A stretch of 64,000 nt of DNA. Origin: a virus (Duplodnaviria; Caudoviricetes). This document shows, in pieces, positions 7,403 through 17,357 of the stretch. Under the pieces are notes generated by a model. The model did not search any database. It was not told the DNA's origin and worked only from the letters and a program-made list of their open reading frames with translations. The translations under genes and the position numbers were made by a program. Numbering within the stretch: the stretch's first letter is position 1; each line of letters begins with the position of its first letter. The stretch is taken from the IMG/VR virus record IMGVR_UViG_3300028886_001681, positions 64,001 to 128,000 of that record; one strand, 5' to 3'.

Positions 7403-9523
7403 TTATTCAAACACCATTGTGATTGAACCTAATCCACTTCGAGTGGTTCTCACAATATCATAAACAACTACACCACCGCTAGAATTAGTAAATGATATAG
7501 CATTTTCTTTAACCAATTCGGTGTCAAATCCGCCTATTTTACATACGGATTTTATATTCCATGACTTAGGGCAACAAACAAATCCATATTCACCGTTGCC
7601 GATTGTGATATTAAAACTTCCTTTATATGTTGAATTGTTGAATTTGTGATTACTCAATCCAAGAATAAAAGCGGAATCATAATCTTGAGGAATACTTGCA
7701 GAACCATAGAATATTTGATTTTGGAACTGTATATTGATACTCTTTTCCGCACTCTCCGTACCATCCGATACAACAAGTTTGAATGATTTATTTGTACTAA
7801 AAGGTGTATCGTATGTGAACGCTCTAATATCGTTGTCAACGCTTGTTCCATTAAAAGTTTGTGTAATCGGTGTCTTATTCAAATTCCATGCAAATTGAAG
7901 TTCTGAAATCTCATTTCCAATTTCATAGATTGTGGTCGATGGAGAAACCGAAAGGCTAGAAATGACAATTTTTTCATAATAAACCTTAGCCAGCAGATTA
8001 TCCAAAGTTTTCTTTACATTATCCAAACTTGGATAAGTAGCATTTTCATAACTTACATCACTTGCGTCATTTCCCATAGAACTAGGGTCTACCAAGGCAA
8101 GATTACCCTCGTCATTCACTTGAAGAATCTTTCCTTCATTCGCAATTCCTTGAGCGGTTGAAACCTTTCCACTTACACTAGTGTCTACTAGAGTCTTCAA
8201 TGCGTCCATAGCACCCAAGTTTGGTATTTTAGTCTTGTCAACTTCTTGTCCACTATAAGTATCAACCACATCATTTGTCTTTGAAACATAATCCGACAAA
8301 TCTATCGTAGATTGTGGGTCTACCAATCCGAGGTTTCCGCTAGAATTAACTTGAAGAATTTTTCCTTCGTTTGCTAAACCTTGGTCAACATCAACTTTCT
8401 TTGCAAATTCTGTATACAATGTCGATGATTTAACAGGATTGTCGCTTGAAGATGATACGCTAGATTCGACATCTGAAACATTTACCTTTTCATCTAATTC
8501 TGTATCAACCAAAGTTTTCAATGCATCCATAGCACCGATGTTAGGAATCTTGGTTTTATCAGCGTCAGAACCACTATATGTGCTTGTTACATCGTTTGTC
8601 TTTGAAACATAATCAGAAAAGTTCACGCTTGCTACAGTATCAGTAAATTCAGTATTTTCAATCCAAATCGTACTGTAATTTACATTATTGTCAGTATAAT
8701 AAAATTTCGTCTTGTTGTCCGAAGTGATGGTCTTTTCAACTCCACCTTGATAGTAAGTGATTGTAGTTCCGCTCAATGTAGGCTTTGCGTCACAAACGAT
8801 AGCAGTTTGTCGAATAGCGTTTTGTATGCTTGTATCCGTATAAGATTTACTGTCGGTCAAGCAAGTGGCAACTTTCTTGTCAACACTTCCGTTTACCGTA
8901 GTGTCGCCATTAAGAACAGTTATTGCGTTTTCATTTGCAGTAACTCTGTTTCCCAAAGCGGTGTCGTCATAGTTTTCAAGATTGTCCAACTTTGTTTTAA
9001 GTTCATCAGTAAAATCGTTTGTTGAAAGTCCTTTTCCGCTAACTTTGTCTACTTTCTTCGCACATTCAGTGTCCGTGTAACTTGTAGCGTTTGAGTAAGC
9101 GGTGGCAACTTTGGAATCAACCGAACCTACAACAGTTGAATCACCGTTGAGGGTGTCTATTGCGGTTTTATTGTCGTCAATCTGTTGTTTGTAAGCGTCA
9201 GTAAAATCGTTTGTTGACAAGTCTTTTCCGCTAACCTTATCCACTTTATTGTTGAGAAGATTGTTTGTTTCAGTTTTAGTGTAGTATGATGATAGGTCTC
9301 CACCACCTTCTCCAATTACTCGCCATTTTCCAGTTATTTCATCTATAGTGTTACTTCTATTAAATCTGTATTTCAATCCTGTTTCATAACAGAAGGAATC
9401 ATACATATCTGGGAGATAATCTTCTCTAAATGCTTTCATATCGGCTATTGTAGAAAAGGCATCTCGTTCATTCGTTTGAGCCTTCATGTTAATTTTCAAA
9501 TTTGAAAGTAAACTGATTGCCAT
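7403..9523 (-). CDS. virion fibre/structural protein with internal repeats
   Basis: Two copies each of KVDKVSGKxLSTNDFTD, DYVSKTNDV...GAMDALKTLVDT and ANEGKILQVN; Ig-like C-terminus. Confidence 0.6.
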   Translation of the reverse strand: MAISLLSNLKINMKAQTNERDAFSTIADMKAFREDYLPDMYDSFCYETGLKYRFNRSNTIDEITGKWRVIGEGGGDLSSYYTKTETNNLLNNKVDKVSGKDLSTNDFTDAYKQQIDDNKTAIDTLNGDSTVVGSVDSKVATAYSNATSYTDTECAKKVDKVSGKGLSTNDFTDELKTKLDNLENYDDTALGNRVTANENAITVLNGDTTVNGSVDKKVATCLTDSKSYTDTSIQNAIRQTAIVCDAKPTLSGTTITYYQGGVEKTITSDNKTKFYYTDNNVNYSTIWIENTEFTDTVASVNFSDYVSKTNDVTSTYSGSDADKTKIPNIGAMDALKTLVDTELDEKVNVSDVESSVSSSSDNPVKSSTLYTEFAKKVDVDQGLANEGKILQVNSSGNLGLVDPQSTIDLSDYVSKTNDVVDTYSGQEVDKTKIPNLGAMDALKTLVDTSVSGKVSTAQGIANEGKILQVNDEGNLALVDPSSMGNDASDVSYENATYPSLDNVKKTLDNLLAKVYYEKIVISSLSVSPSTTIYEIGNEISELQFAWNLNKTPITQTFNGTSVDNDIRAFTYDTPFSTNKSFKLVVSDGTESAEKSINIQFQNQIFYGSASIPQDYDSAFILGLSNHKFNNSTYKGSFNITIGNGEYGFVCCPKSWNIKSVCKIGGFDTELVKENAISFTNSSGGVVVYDIVRTTRSGLGSITMVFE

Positions 9524-9595
9524 ATTTATATTCTCCTATGCTATATTTTCTTTATAATATTTTTGGAATCTATTCCAACCGTCATTAATAATTCC

Positions 9596-10804
9596 TTATT
9601 TGAATACCAATTCTACAGAATCAGCCTGAACAGGCTCATTAAGTGTATAGCAAAAATATGGAATAGAGTCAATCGTCAAACTAGTCTTGGTAAAACTTTC
9701 AAAATAAGAAAAATTATTTTTTTCATCCTTTATATAACTTAATGCTCCAAAACTACTAGGATAAGCATAAACAACCTTACCATAATCCATTGTAATTCCA
9801 CTATAAGTCAAATTCTTTGTATCTTTCAGAACATTGTTTTGCAATGCCTTAATAATTGCTTCCGTAGGTTCACCAACATCTGCACTTACCGTTCCATAAT
9901 AAGATTTTCCTACAAATTTCACGGTTATTGATTTACTTGCACTCATAGGTGTTCCACTCTTGGAATCATAAACAACTGCTTTCAGAGTAAAATCTGTATT
10001 TGTCGGTGTCGTCCAAGTCATGTCATATTGATAAGTTCCACTAGCGGAAATATTCTGTGTATACTTCAAAACATTATCAAGATAAAATTCTACTTTAGAA
10101 AGATTGTATGTGTTCTTTGTACAAGTTGCTTTCATGGTTACTGCAGAAATTACAGTGTCAACAACATCATACAAAGTTGTACTAGGAACAATAGCAAGAG
10201 TAAGACTAGGAGCGACTTCCTTAATAAGCATATCTCTAATTACGGTTTCGATTTTTGTGTCTTTTGGATAAACCTTTCCGTTTGTTGCTGAACCTATAGG
10301 ATTACTTACTGTTAAAGATTGTTCAAGTTTCGCACCGCTAGATAAAGCCGAATCCAACGCTTTCTTCACATTGTCTAAAGTAGGAAAACTAGAATTTGTA
10401 TATGAAACATCGCTCGCATCTTCGACAATATTATTTAATGCTTCATCGAGACCTTGTTTTACATTTGTAATACTAGGTTTACTAGAATTGGTGTATTTTA
10501 CGGTAGATGAATCATCTACAGTTGGAAGAACACCTGCGTCTATAACGTTACCATTTGATAAAGCAAGTAATAGATGATTCCCACTTCCAATTGAAGCACT
10601 TACAACGGAAATTCCGTCCTTTACCTTAATTTTGCGAGTGTTTGTGCTTCCGTCGTCACCTGTCCATTTGAAGGTAATTTCTGTTCCGTCTGATACTGTT
10701 TCAGTCTTTGAAATCGTACATGGAGCGCCTTTCAACGCCCCCAATCCCACAAGCGAATCTCGTGTATATTTTTCGGCAATCGCCAATGTTACAACATCAA
10801 TCAT
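9596..10804 (-). CDS. virion structural protein (Ig-like), related to 7403-9523
   Basis: Shares DASDVSY.N...P.LDNVKK.LD and a similar C-terminal architecture with its neighbour. Confidence 0.5.
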   Translation of the reverse strand: MIDVVTLAIAEKYTRDSLVGLGALKGAPCTISKTETVSDGTEITFKWTGDDGSTNTRKIKVKDGISVVSASIGSGNHLLLALSNGNVIDAGVLPTVDDSSTVKYTNSSKPSITNVKQGLDEALNNIVEDASDVSYTNSSFPTLDNVKKALDSALSSGAKLEQSLTVSNPIGSATNGKVYPKDTKIETVIRDMLIKEVAPSLTLAIVPSTTLYDVVDTVISAVTMKATCTKNTYNLSKVEFYLDNVLKYTQNISASGTYQYDMTWTTPTNTDFTLKAVVYDSKSGTPMSASKSITVKFVGKSYYGTVSADVGEPTEAIIKALQNNVLKDTKNLTYSGITMDYGKVVYAYPSSFGALSYIKDEKNNFSYFESFTKTSLTIDSIPYFCYTLNEPVQADSVELVFK

Positions 10805-10833
10805 ATGGTTATTCTCCTAAAAATGCGAATGAA

Positions 10834-11052
10834 TTAAATCTGATACCAAGTCTTTGAAGTTTCTTCGTAGAACCAAACTTCACCTGTGTCGACGCAGAAA
10901 GCGGTGGAACCTGTGATGGTGTTCTGCATTTCATTAGGAAGAAGAGTGACATCGGAACTCAAGCCCATGAAGAGTTTGTGGTTGCCCTTTATCTCAGTTA
11001 AAACAAAACTACCGTAATGCTCTGTCGTGTCTGGTATATTCGTGTTTGCCAT
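10834..11052 (-). CDS. small structural-type protein
   Basis: GSTAFCVDTGEVWFY...W; late-type motif upstream. Confidence 0.45.
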   Translation of the reverse strand: MANTNIPDTTEHYGSFVLTEIKGNHKLFMGLSSDVTLLPNEMQNTITGSTAFCVDTGEVWFYEETSKTWYQI

Positions 11053-11239
11053 ATCATTACTCCATTCATTGTGATTTTTTAAATAGTTATTCCAACCTTT
11101 CGTAAGTTGGTTTCGTAAAATTTTTCATGAAATTGTTGAAAAGAATTTCGATGTGCGCTAATATGCGAAAAACACTAAATGTTGGGTTGAAAACGATAAC
11201 TATTGTTAGTCCGACACTACATACAGAGAGGTAAAAATC

Positions 11240-12046
11240 ATGAAGGTAAGAAAAAGAGACGGAAGATTTGCGAATTTCAACGAATCAAAAATTGCGAACG
11301 CCATTAAATTGGCGTCTGAAAATTCAAAAAGCGACAACAAAATAACAGACGAACAAATAAAAAACACCCTTACTTTTGTAAAGTTATCTATTGAAGGTAA
11401 AGATGAGGTTAGTGTCGATGACATTCATGACTTGGTTGAAAAATCTTTGAAAAAAGAAAACAAGGATGTCGCCAAGTCATACATCGAATACAGAAAAAAC
11501 CGAGAACTTGACAGATTTAGAAATCTTGAAATTACAAAAAGAATTTTTGAAAAATTGAACGCGACGAATGTCATGAATCAAAACGCAAACCTCGACGAAT
11601 TTTCGTTCGGAGGAAGAAAGGGCGAAGCGGATTCCGCATTGTTGAAGGAGTTAGCCTTGAACTATTTGATTTCTCCCAAATTCGCCAAAAACCACAATAA
11701 CAATAGAATTTATATACACGACCTAGACTCTTATTTTGTCGGAATGCATAACTGTTTATCGCTTCCCATTGACGATTTGTTAAGAAACGGAATGAAAACT
11801 AGACAAGTTTTCATTAGACCCGCCAACAGTTTGTCGACCGCAATGCAACTTGTCGCAGTGGCGATTCAATTACAATCTTTGCAACAGTTCGGAGGTGTGG
11901 CGGTAACTCACATCGATTGGACTATGGTTCCTTACATTCGAAAATCGTTTTTCAAGCATTATAATGATGGCCTTAAATACGCGGAAGGCAAATCGGATAA
12001 AGAAATTGAAAAAATCGACAATGGGATTTTAGAAAAAAGTAAGTGA
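11240..12046 (+). CDS. nrdD: anaerobic ribonucleotide reductase NrdD, N-terminal fragment
   Basis: ATP cone (VRKRDGR...F..SKI), NQNAN, IYIHDLD, HNC, QQFGG. Confidence 0.92.
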   Translation: MKVRKRDGRFANFNESKIANAIKLASENSKSDNKITDEQIKNTLTFVKLSIEGKDEVSVDDIHDLVEKSLKKENKDVAKSYIEYRKNRELDRFRNLEITKRIFEKLNATNVMNQNANLDEFSFGGRKGEADSALLKELALNYLISPKFAKNHNNNRIYIHDLDSYFVGMHNCLSLPIDDLLRNGMKTRQVFIRPANSLSTAMQLVAVAIQLQSLQQFGGVAVTHIDWTMVPYIRKSFFKHYNDGLKYAEGKSDKEIEKIDNGILEKSK

Positions 12047-12074
12047 TTTCCCAATCGGATTAACTATTTGTATT

Positions 12075-13409
12075 ATGAAAGAAACATTGATAGAAATATT
12101 TAAGAAAAAAGGCATTCTCAATAAAAATAACGGACGAAAATTCTGTTATAAAAATTATTGGGACGACGAATGCGAATCGTTGTGGGGAAAATATTCTTCT
12201 AATTATAGAAGTAATGATGAAGCGTGGTATTGCTTGTCTAAAAATGTAGAACCTCCGAAATGTCCATTGTGTGATAAGTTATGTAGATTTGTGGGCGGAA
12301 AGCGAGGTTATAAAATAACTTGCGAAACTTGTGACCCAAATAAAGTTCCGTCTAAATTAAAACATTTTTCCAAGACTATTTCTAAAAGAACAGAAGAAGA
12401 AAAAAGGAAAATCTTTGAAAAAAGAAAACAAACTAATTTAGAATTATACGGAGATGAAAATTTTACATTGTATGGCTCTAAATCTTTCAAAGAAAACATG
12501 TTGAATAAATATGGCAATGAAAATTACTCTAATCACGAAAAAGCAAAAGAAACTAGTATCGAACGATATGGTGTGGATTGCAATTTTAAAAGGGAAGGAT
12601 TTCAACAATATTCTGCGAATAAAAAACGAGAACTATACGGCAACGCCTCTAATTATGAAAAAACCATGAAAACCAACATGAAGAGGTATGGTGTTCCCCA
12701 CATAGGACAATGTAGAGAAATAATAAATAAAAATAATCTCGAAAAACAAGAAAAATATGATAAATTCGAAATTGAAAACGATTGCACATCGAGGAGTAAA
12801 TTAAAAAAATTATACGGTGTAGGATGGTGGTCTCTCGGTATAGAATATCTTGAATACATGGGGCATTATTTTGTACCTAATGAATTTTTAAAAGATATAA
12901 TAGAATATTCTAGCGAAGGTACGCACACCAACAGTTATATTTCTAAACGAGAAGTTGAGCTTAGAAATTACATTAAAGAAATTTATGATGGTGAAATTCT
13001 CAACAATGTGACCAATGTCGTAAAAAATAACAATCATAGATATTTTGAATTAGATTTGTATTTGCCTCGATTAAAAATTGCATTTGATTTTGACGGAATG
13101 TATTGGCATTCCATAAAATTTAAAGATAAATATTATCATCAAAGAAAAAGTGTATGTTGTTTGGAGCAAGGGGTTAGATTGGCTCATATACAAGAAGATG
13201 AATGGGTGAATAATCGTGAGGTTTTGTGCGATAAAATAAGACAATTAATTTTTGAAAACAAAACATTTAATGATGGTTGTTTCCCACCTTCGTTGAACGA
13301 TTATAATTTTTCTGAACCTAGAAAGATTATGATTGATAAATTTGGTAAAAAAACACTTGACGAAAGCCAGTGTAATTTAATATATTATGATACAGGAGTT
13401 ATTTTATGA
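12075..13409 (+). CDS. free-standing Vsr-like endonuclease with (K/R)YG repeats, inserted in nrdD
   Basis: CPLC, repeated T..ERYG units, ELDLY....IAFDFDGMYWHS...IQEDEW. Confidence 0.75.
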   Translation: MKETLIEIFKKKGILNKNNGRKFCYKNYWDDECESLWGKYSSNYRSNDEAWYCLSKNVEPPKCPLCDKLCRFVGGKRGYKITCETCDPNKVPSKLKHFSKTISKRTEEEKRKIFEKRKQTNLELYGDENFTLYGSKSFKENMLNKYGNENYSNHEKAKETSIERYGVDCNFKREGFQQYSANKKRELYGNASNYEKTMKTNMKRYGVPHIGQCREIINKNNLEKQEKYDKFEIENDCTSRSKLKKLYGVGWWSLGIEYLEYMGHYFVPNEFLKDIIEYSSEGTHTNSYISKREVELRNYIKEIYDGEILNNVTNVVKNNNHRYFELDLYLPRLKIAFDFDGMYWHSIKFKDKYYHQRKSVCCLEQGVRLAHIQEDEWVNNREVLCDKIRQLIFENKTFNDGCFPPSLNDYNFSEPRKIMIDKFGKKTLDESQCNLIYYDTGVIL

Positions 13410-13558
13410 GAGATGTGATTGATGTGTCCATTGATGACGAAAAGTACAAAAAGCATAAAAAAGCGTATCAATACGCCATGGATATGCTACAAAAAGAAGT
13501 TCACCAATCGATAGAAGGATTGTTGCACAATTTAAATTCATTGCAAAGCAGGTCGGGT
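13406..13558 (+). CDS. nrdD: NrdD C-terminal fragment, exon 1 (absent from ORF track)
   Basis: SD GGAG and an ATGA overlap with the endonuclease stop; 51 codons MRDVID...AYQYAMDMLQKEVHQSIEGLLHNLNSLQSRSG. Confidence 0.85.
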
Positions 13559-13819
13559 AGACTTTAGATTGCCCCATTCATCAGTAATGATGAATTGATA
13601 ATTCGGTAAAATCGGTGAAGACTAAATCATTAAGATATGTTGATACCGAGATAAGCATTCGAATTGCGAAAGGTCGAATGACATTGTAGAGCATAGAAGG
13701 TGAATAAATATAATCCTTCCACGAGTACCGAACATCCAAATATTTGGATGAAAATGTATGCCGAACTTATGAGAAATCATAAGAAGTATGGATAAAAAGC
13801 CATACGATAACAAATATTG
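13559..13819 (+). ncRNA. group I intron (261 nt, no ORF)
   Basis: 5' exon ends in U (GGGT) and the intron ends in G. IGS GATTGCCC pairs with the 5' exon GGGT and the 3' exon AATC. Splicing restores SRSG|NQLPFSSINYG. Confidence 0.88.
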
Positions 13820-15664
13820 AATCAATTGCCGTTTTCGTCCATAAATTACGGAACTTGCACATTGAAAGAAGGTCGTTTACTAACCAAAGAAATTTTGGAA
13901 TGCACAATCGATGGTGTTGGAAATCACGCGACTTCCATTTTCCCATGCCAGATTTTTCAATTGATGGACGGTGTAAATGTGAAAGAAAGCGACCCTAATT
14001 ATGATTTATTCAGATTAGCAATCGAATGTACATCAAAACGCTTATATCCTAATTATGTAAACTGTGATTGGAGCAACGACCAAGGATATAATAAAGATGA
14101 CCCTAGAACTTATCCTAGTACAATGGGTGCGGTTCGTGGAGACGAAATTGTTTCTATTAAAATCAACGATGTTGAATTTAATGATATTTCGATTAAAAAA
14201 GCAATAGAAATGATTAATGCATATACTTCTAATGTCGAATGGATTAACAATGAATCTGATAAAATTGGATATACAAAACATAAACGAGTAAAAGATTGTC
14301 AGATTAAGTGTCAATCAAAATGGGTTAGAATTCTCAACATCGAATTCAACGACAAATCATCCCCCTTAAAATTATACGAAGTCACTTTTGATAAAAACGA
14401 AACCGAGCAAACTCTCCATATCACGGAAGACCATCCTTTACACACTAGCAGAGGAAGAGTCGAGGCTAGGGATTTGAAGGTCGGAGATGTGATTTATGAC
14501 TCCATTAGCGGTTACGGTTACAAAATCGTTTCCGTAAAAGAAACTAACGAAAAATGCGACACTTACGACTTCACTACAGAAACAGACATGTTTGATTTGA
14601 GCGGAATCGTCTCTCATAACTGTAGGACTTATAGCAGTAGCGACATAAACGCGGAGTCTGCGGAATTGTCGCATATTAAGGACGGACGAGGAAACATAAC
14701 ACCTGCGACTATAGTTTTGCCAACAATAGCCATGGAATCAAAAAAGAAAATGAAAGACGATACTGATGAAAAGGTTTTGATTGAACTTTTCATGAAAAAT
14801 CTCGAAGACGCGATAATCGACTGTAAAGACGAATTGATTGAAAGATTCAATTACATTTGCTCGCAAAATCCAAAATCCGCTTCCTTCATGTATGAAAACG
14901 GAACATTCTACGGATATAAAGAAAGCGAGGGAATTCGTTCAGCGTTGAAACACGGCAGTTTGGCGGTGGGACAAATAGGCTTGGCGGAAACTTTGCAAAT
15001 TTTAATTGGAACAGACCAATGCACGAAAAAAGGAATGGAGTTGGCAAAGAGAATTGAGGAATTATTCAAGCGAAAGTGTTCTGAGTTTAAGAACGAATAT
15101 AAATTGAATTTTGGAGTTTATTACACACCTGCGGAAGGATTATCAAAGACTTCATTCGATAAATTTGTGAAAAAATACGGTCTTATTGAAAATGTCACTG
15201 CATATAAAGATGAAAACGGAAAATTACAACCTAGAGGATATTTCACGAATTCGATTCATGTTCCTGTTTGGAAGGAAATTTCTCCGTTTGAAAAAATAGA
15301 CATAGAATCCCAATTAACGAATTATTCTTCGGCAGGTTGCATTACTTATGTTGAAATCGGAGACAACGCTTCCAACAACTTGAAAGCCCTCGAAGAACTC
15401 GTATTGTACGCCAAGTCGAAAGATGTTCCATATTTCGCATTGAATCTTCCGTTGTCGCATTGCAAAAAATGCGGTTGCGACGAAAACATTGGTTTTGAGG
15501 AAAGTTGTCCTAAATGTGGAGCGGATAAAGATGAAATTGAACATCTCGCTCGCGTGACAGGTTATCTCTCCACGGACTACAAGCATTTTAATTTAGGAAA
15601 GCAACACGAAGTCAAAGACCGATATGTTCATGTGAATAAATTGTCGTCATGGAAACAAAAATGA
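13820..15664 (+). CDS. nrdD: NrdD C-terminal fragment, exon 2 (contains an intein)
   Basis: NQLPFSSINYG, IFP, MG..CRT, GRGN, TPAEGL, YFTNS.H, CxxC...CPKCG and the glycyl-radical motif RVTGYL. Confidence 0.92.
   Translation, partial: NQLPFSSINYGTCTLKEGRLLTKEILECTIDGVGNHATSIFPCQIFQLMDGVNVKESDPNYDLFRLAIECTSKRLYPNYVNCDWSNDQGYNKDDPRTYPSTMGAVRGDEIVSIKINDVEFNDISIKKAIEMINAYTSNVEWINNESDKIGYTKHKRVKDCQIKCQSKWVRILNIEFNDKSSPLKLYEVTFDKNETEQTLHITEDHPLHTSRGRVEARDLKVGDVIYDSISGYGYKIVSVKETNEKCDTYDFTTETDMFDLSGIVSHNCRTYSSSDINAESAELSHIKDGRGNITPATIVLPTIAMESKKKMKDDTDEKVLIELFMKNLEDAIIDCKDELIERFNYICSQNPKSASFMYENGTFYGYKESEGIRSALKHGSLAVGQIGLAETLQILIGTDQCTKKGMELAKRIEELFKRKCSEFKNEYKLNFGVYYTPAEGLSKTSFDKFVKKYGLIENVTAYKDENGKLQPRGYFTNSIHVPVWKEISPFEKIDIESQLTNYSSAGCITYVEIGDNASNNLKALEELVLYAKSKDVPYFALNLPLSHCKKCGCDENIGFEESCPKCGADKDEIEHLARVTGYLSTDYKHFNLGKQHEVKDRYVHVNKLSSWKQK
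14129..14620 (+). mobile_element. mini-intein (164 aa) starting with Ala
   Basis: Interrupts STMG|CRT; block B TEDHP, block F TYDF, C-terminal SHN followed by Cys. Confidence 0.88.
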
Positions 15665-16164
15665 GATACGCGAATATCATAGAAAACGACATAGTTGACT
15701 CCATAAGTGGAATCAATGTGTCGTTTTGGTGTCAAGGTTGCAATTTCCATTGTCCTCATTGTCATAATCCGCAAACATGGAATTTGTGTGGCGGTCAAGA
15801 ACTCCCATCAAATTACAAAGAAATCGTTTTGGAATTGCTTCATAAAAACGGAATCAATCGAGGACTGTCTATTTTAGGCGGAGAACCTTTGATTGAGCAA
15901 AATCGTCAACTTGTTTCTGATTTGGTGAATTATGTCAAAGATAAATCTCCTACCACAATCATATATCTGTGGAGCGGATACACTTTGGAAGAGTTGAGAA
16001 AAATGAACGATGCTAGCGTGAACTTCATTCTGTCAACAATCGATTACCTAATCGACGGTCGCTACGAGGACGGCAAGAAGGACTTGTCGCTAAAGTTGAG
16101 AGGAAGTTCCAACCAAAATGTCTATCGACGAGTGAACGGCAAATTGAAGAAAATCGAAATTTAA
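15661..16164 (+). CDS. nrdG: anaerobic RNR activating enzyme
   Basis: CNFHCPHCHNP, LGGEP, DGRY, LRGSSNQ. Confidence 0.93.
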   Translation: MRYANIIENDIVDSISGINVSFWCQGCNFHCPHCHNPQTWNLCGGQELPSNYKEIVLELLHKNGINRGLSILGGEPLIEQNRQLVSDLVNYVKDKSPTTIIYLWSGYTLEELRKMNDASVNFILSTIDYLIDGRYEDGKKDLSLKLRGSSNQNVYRRVNGKLKKIEI

Positions 16165-16169
16165 ATGAA

Positions 16170-16197
16170 AAAAACGCTCGGAAATTCGAGCGTTTTT
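16170..16197. terminator. bidirectional terminator
   Basis: AAAACGCTCG...CGAGCGTTTT between convergent genes. Confidence 0.75.
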
Positions 16198-16205
16198 ATA
16201 TTCCT

Positions 16206-16865
16206 TTATTTTCTTGAACAAATTTCATCAATATAAACGATTTTGTTCCAATCTTCCATAGACAAGCCTTTCATCTGTATCTTGCGGTTTTGGAAAAACT
16301 TGATTTGCCAACCGCTAAACTTGGTGTCCACCGTGGCTAGGTCAATCCATGAACCGTATCGAATTTGATACTGAAGATATGTTCGAGGGTAGAAATAGGT
16401 TTCGGTGTCGTTGGGATATTTGTCCGCGTAGTCTTGAGCGACATCCATAAGATTATGACCAATTGAGCCGTCGCGGATGAATTCGTTCGTTTTCAAATAC
16501 CAAAGCAAGTCGAAAAACAACATGGAATCGAACGAACGAGAATAATCATGGAATTCACCAATCTTTGATTCTACAGAAAGTTCGCCAAACAAATAATGGA
16601 ACTTATCTTTCAGTTTTGCATCATCAGCACCGTCTCCAATTTTATCCTTAATCATAGAATATAACTGTTTATAATCCTTTACATCTCGGAAATAAACTTT
16701 AAATCCTACAGAATCGCAAATAAAACATCTGTCTCGGAATCCTACATAAATTCCAAATTCTTCTGAAAGTTTACTAGCAATCATCTTGCCATACAAATCT
16801 TCAACGTCATATTGATATTCATATTCTTTAGCGAGTTCTGCAAGCAAATCATAATCAATAATCAT
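16206..16865 (-). CDS. hypothetical protein
   Basis: SD AGGAG and late-type motif; C-terminus resembles that of 52818-53489. Confidence 0.6.
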   Translation of the reverse strand: MIIDYDLLAELAKEYEYQYDVEDLYGKMIASKLSEEFGIYVGFRDRCFICDSVGFKVYFRDVKDYKQLYSMIKDKIGDGADDAKLKDKFHYLFGELSVESKIGEFHDYSRSFDSMLFFDLLWYLKTNEFIRDGSIGHNLMDVAQDYADKYPNDTETYFYPRTYLQYQIRYGSWIDLATVDTKFSGWQIKFFQNRKIQMKGLSMEDWNKIVYIDEICSRK

Positions 16866-16900
16866 AAATTATTTCTCCTAATAATGTTATAAATATATAG

Positions 16901-17269
16901 TTATGCAAAATATTTTTCATATTCAGGGTGACTACTAAGAATCTCTTCCTTTGAAGGATTAGATTCCATAAAATCACGTTCTTCGTATTCTTCCATCCAA
17001 TCGTTTTCGTCTTCGATGAAATCATCGTATTCTTTATCCAAGTCAACCAAAGGATTAAAACCCTCTTTAAGAAGATTACGAAATTCTTCAATGTTTGGAT
17101 TTCCACTGTAAGCGTTCACACACATTGTACGCTCATCTCTTGGACGAAAACCATGAATATCCTTGTACATATCTGAATAATTAGCACAAAGATTTTCAAA
17201 CTTTTCAACATTTTCCGATGTATAAGTTCCATTCAAGATTCTGTTATAAAATTCTGTGTTATTTGCCAT
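16901..17269 (-). CDS. acidic hypothetical protein
   Basis: YSDMYKDIHGFRPR motif; sigma70 promoter at 17322-17294 and SD AAGGAG. Confidence 0.65.
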   Translation of the reverse strand: MANNTEFYNRILNGTYTSENVEKFENLCANYSDMYKDIHGFRPRDERTMCVNAYSGNPNIEEFRNLLKEGFNPLVDLDKEYDDFIEDENDWMEEYEERDFMESNPSKEEILSSHPEYEKYFA

Positions 17270-17357
17270 AAGATTTAATCTCCTTACTCTTATAATATAC
17301 TACGAATAAAATAATTTGTCAAGTAAAATTATCAAAAAATTCAACTATTTTTAATAC

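Noticed and set aside
13817-13819. TTG start for the last nrdD ORF
   Set aside because: It is the 3' end of the group I intron; the exon begins at 13820
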